DNA from: an uncultured archaeon
Lineage (GTDB): Archaea > Asgardarchaeota > Lokiarchaeia > Sigyniarchaeales > SOKP01
Reading direction: 5' to 3'
Length of the DNA stretch: 61,794 nucleotides
Assembly: GCA_964632315.1 (NCBI GenBank)
Contig: CAZWEM010000023.1
Coordinates: 1-61,794, forward strand
A program made the position numbers and the translations under genes. Shown in pieces: positions 59,840 to 61,794 of the stretch; positions within the stretch are counted from its first letter, which is position 1, and the number at the start of each line of letters is the position of its first letter. The notes under the pieces were generated by a model that saw nothing but the letters and a program-made list of their open reading frames with translations, was not told the origin of the DNA and ran no database searches.

Positions 59840-60055
59840 TGTGTATATTTTTTGTTTCTAATTTTATAATATACACATCAATATTTAAATGTTTGTGTAT
59901 TGATGTGTAGTAGATTATTAAAAGGAGATTAAAATGCTTCTAGTCTATAGAAACGAGTGTGTATAGCGTTTTTTCTGATCTATTAATCCTTATAAAATAG
60001 ATAATGAAACGAAAATAATCAAGTCAAATTTATTTGATTACACACCAGTGTGTAA
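59840..60055. promoter_or_regulatory. cluster of seven TGTGTA/TACACA boxes in nested inverted repeats around a putative TATA box
   Basis: Hexamers at 59840, 59872, 59894, 59904, 59958, 60039 and 60049; TTTAAATA on the minus strand at 59882-59889. Confidence 0.7.
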
Positions 60056-60295
60056 ATTAATGAATAATATTAATTATTACGATATTTCAGTTTGGACTGG
60101 TAATTTCATAAACTAAATTATTACTAAGGAAATCGTATAAAAACTATAGGACTGACTAAGCAAATATCTTTTCAAGAATTGCCTTATTTGCTGGAATAAT
60201 TCTATTATCTATAGGTTTAACGAAAAGCCTATTCTAAAATTATTAATTTTTTTTTTCATATTATTATATTAAATACCAACTAGTGATTATTTGAT

Positions 60296-60955
60296 ATGGA
60301 AAATAGTAAAAATCAAGAAATAAAGGAGTTAATTACTCGATATCTTCGACCAGATGAAAAAATACTATGGTACCAACATAAAAGGCAAAATTTAGCAGGT
60401 GGTATTTACAAGATATTTACATTATTAATCGGTAGTTTTGTATTTGTTCCCATCATTATCCTGCTCGCAATGCTTACCTCGAACCCGATTACTCTACCAA
60501 TAGTTCTTTTTGGCGTTTATATCCCTATAATGGCGATAAGTTTTTCCTATAATATTATAGTATATCTCACGAGAAAAAAGCGGTTAAACTTAAATTACGC
60601 ACAATTAAGAAATTATGAAATACTCGATGTGTTAACAAGTCAAAGGTATATAAAAAGAGATTATAAATTCGAATACGAAGAAAAGGATATGGATGAACAT
60701 TTTGAAAATGAAGCAGTTAAGAGAGAAAAAGATTTAGTTTATGTTGATCGAAATCGCATTGACCATATCGGAGTCAATCATTTTTGGAATGGTGTTTTTT
60801 TCTTTGTTAACCAATTAGATTATTCTTATTTAAGAATTTTTTTTGAAACTAAAAATGAGATGGATTCTTTCGTACAAATCATGAATGATACCTTTTTACT
60901 TGAATTAGTAGAAGTGAAAGACCAACTTGCATTTAAATACAAGGTTATTAAATAG
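60296..60955 (+). CDS. membrane protein with two TM helices (bacterial-PH/YdbS-like architecture)
   Basis: LRPDEKILW N-terminal motif, two TM helices, then VLTSQR and a beta-rich tail. Confidence 0.6.
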   Translation: MENSKNQEIKELITRYLRPDEKILWYQHKRQNLAGGIYKIFTLLIGSFVFVPIIILLAMLTSNPITLPIVLFGVYIPIMAISFSYNIIVYLTRKKRLNLNYAQLRNYEILDVLTSQRYIKRDYKFEYEEKDMDEHFENEAVKREKDLVYVDRNRIDHIGVNHFWNGVFFFVNQLDYSYLRIFFETKNEMDSFVQIMNDTFLLELVEVKDQLAFKYKVIK

Positions 60956-61237
60956 AGGCAAACAGATTTTTAATATTGTTAAGACAAAGTAAAAAACTTA
61001 ACATTGAAAATTTAGTAAAAAATTAGATCACATGAGGTTAGAAAGCTTTGTTGATTTCACATTTAAAACTTCACATATAAATTAGTTAATTAAATTAAAA
61101 TAAAGGTTATGGGAAGGATATATTTTTAGAAAAGCTTTAGGAACGTTATTTTACTCTTGTAAGATTACTTGAGCCAGAAACTTACTGATAGAGGAAGCAT
61201 ATCACCGCGAGCATAATGAAACCGGCGACAAATATAA

Positions 61238-61477
61238 GCGTATAGAGTTTATTTCCCTTATCTATTCCTTCCTCATCCATCAAGTGATTATCTCGCATGG
61301 CTAATATATGAATCTATTATAAGTGTAATTGGTGGTATTTCAGGATTAGCTATAGGAATTTATTCTCTTCAATTAATTCCAACGGTGGAAGGTAGATTTC
61401 TATTTGCAAAAATCTTAGGACTAATATTTTTAATCATTGGTTCAATTATGATGGGGATTGGTTATTCGATGCTTTAA
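61238..61477 (+). pseudogene. start-less membrane-protein fragment
   Basis: 79 open codons between stops encoding two TM-like helices (IISVIGGISGLAIGIYSL; ILGLIFLIIGSIMMGIGY); no suitable start codon at the 5' end. Confidence 0.35.
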
Positions 61478-61575
61478 ATTTATATATTTTTTTTTTATTA
61501 AAACTTTAAAAATAAAACAAAAGGTTATCTAAAATTAAAATAAGAGTTCCAAGTTATAGCATTTTTTGGGGAGGA

Positions 61576-61794
61576 ATGATGCAATCGCAAGAAACCATAG
61601 AATTTGATTGCCCCGGAAAAGGGACGAAAGCGGAACCCTACCTTATCACTCCTGAAACTCATCCTCCAAAGATTTTTAGAATATACGAGTTGAAAAAGCA
61701 TGTTTTAATTAAAGACGTCAAGATAGGAGGTTTAATGTTAGTTAAATGTGAAAATTTTTCTTTAATTGGTTCAGAGTTCGGTGCTATTGGTCTA
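61576..61794 (+). CDS. N-terminus of a putative parallel beta-helix protein (3'-truncated)
   Basis: GGGGAGG SD; MMQSQETIEFDCPGKGTKAEPYLI contains the GxGTxxxPYxI motif that commonly precedes beta-helix domains. Confidence 0.6.
   Translation, partial: MMQSQETIEFDCPGKGTKAEPYLITPETHPPKIFRIYELKKHVLIKDVKIGGLMLVKCENFSLIGSEFGAIGL

Noticed and set aside
1-61794. CRISPR arrays, tRNA/rRNA genes, transposases, integrases and phage genes
   Set aside because: I saw no regularly spaced repeats, no GC-rich structured RNA segments and no mobile-element motifs by eye; a tRNAscan/Infernal run would be needed to exclude small RNAs

Overview
AT-rich archaeal chromosomal window, most consistent with an Asgard archaeon of the Lokiarchaeia/Promethearchaeia type. 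This placement is an inference from the archaeal Rpo3/L18e/EF-1beta genes together with Arf/Rag-like and Rab-like GTPases, a gelsolin-like domain, a PCI-like winged helix and a soluble multi-PAS kinase. Most of the window is housekeeping or metabolic: trpS, trmI, glyA, rpoD-rpl18e-rpl13-rps9, aroA/aroC, Lsm, RIO2, a Clp1/Grc3-like kinase, porCDAB, iorAB, mutS/mutL, EF-1beta, IscU, a GH15 glucoamylase with a sugar porter, msrA, pirin and GMP synthase subunit B. A DGC/TDT/ArsR/Acr3 metalloid-resistance cluster sits at the left end. I saw no CRISPR array, rRNA, tRNA, transposase or integrase. The strongest leads are: (1) a gelsolin-like domain fused to about four transmembrane helices, a candidate membrane anchor for the actin cytoskeleton; (2) an unannotated module at 58.4-60.1 kb, where seven TGTGTA/TACACA boxes around a TATA box precede two SD-led microproteins and a coiled-coil/RHH/PCI protein, followed by a Rab-like pseudo-GTPase; (3) a PAS histidine kinase that splits the por operon; (4) several apparent pseudoenzymes and genes missed by the ORF track. 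All family assignments come from motif recognition by eye; no database searches were run.
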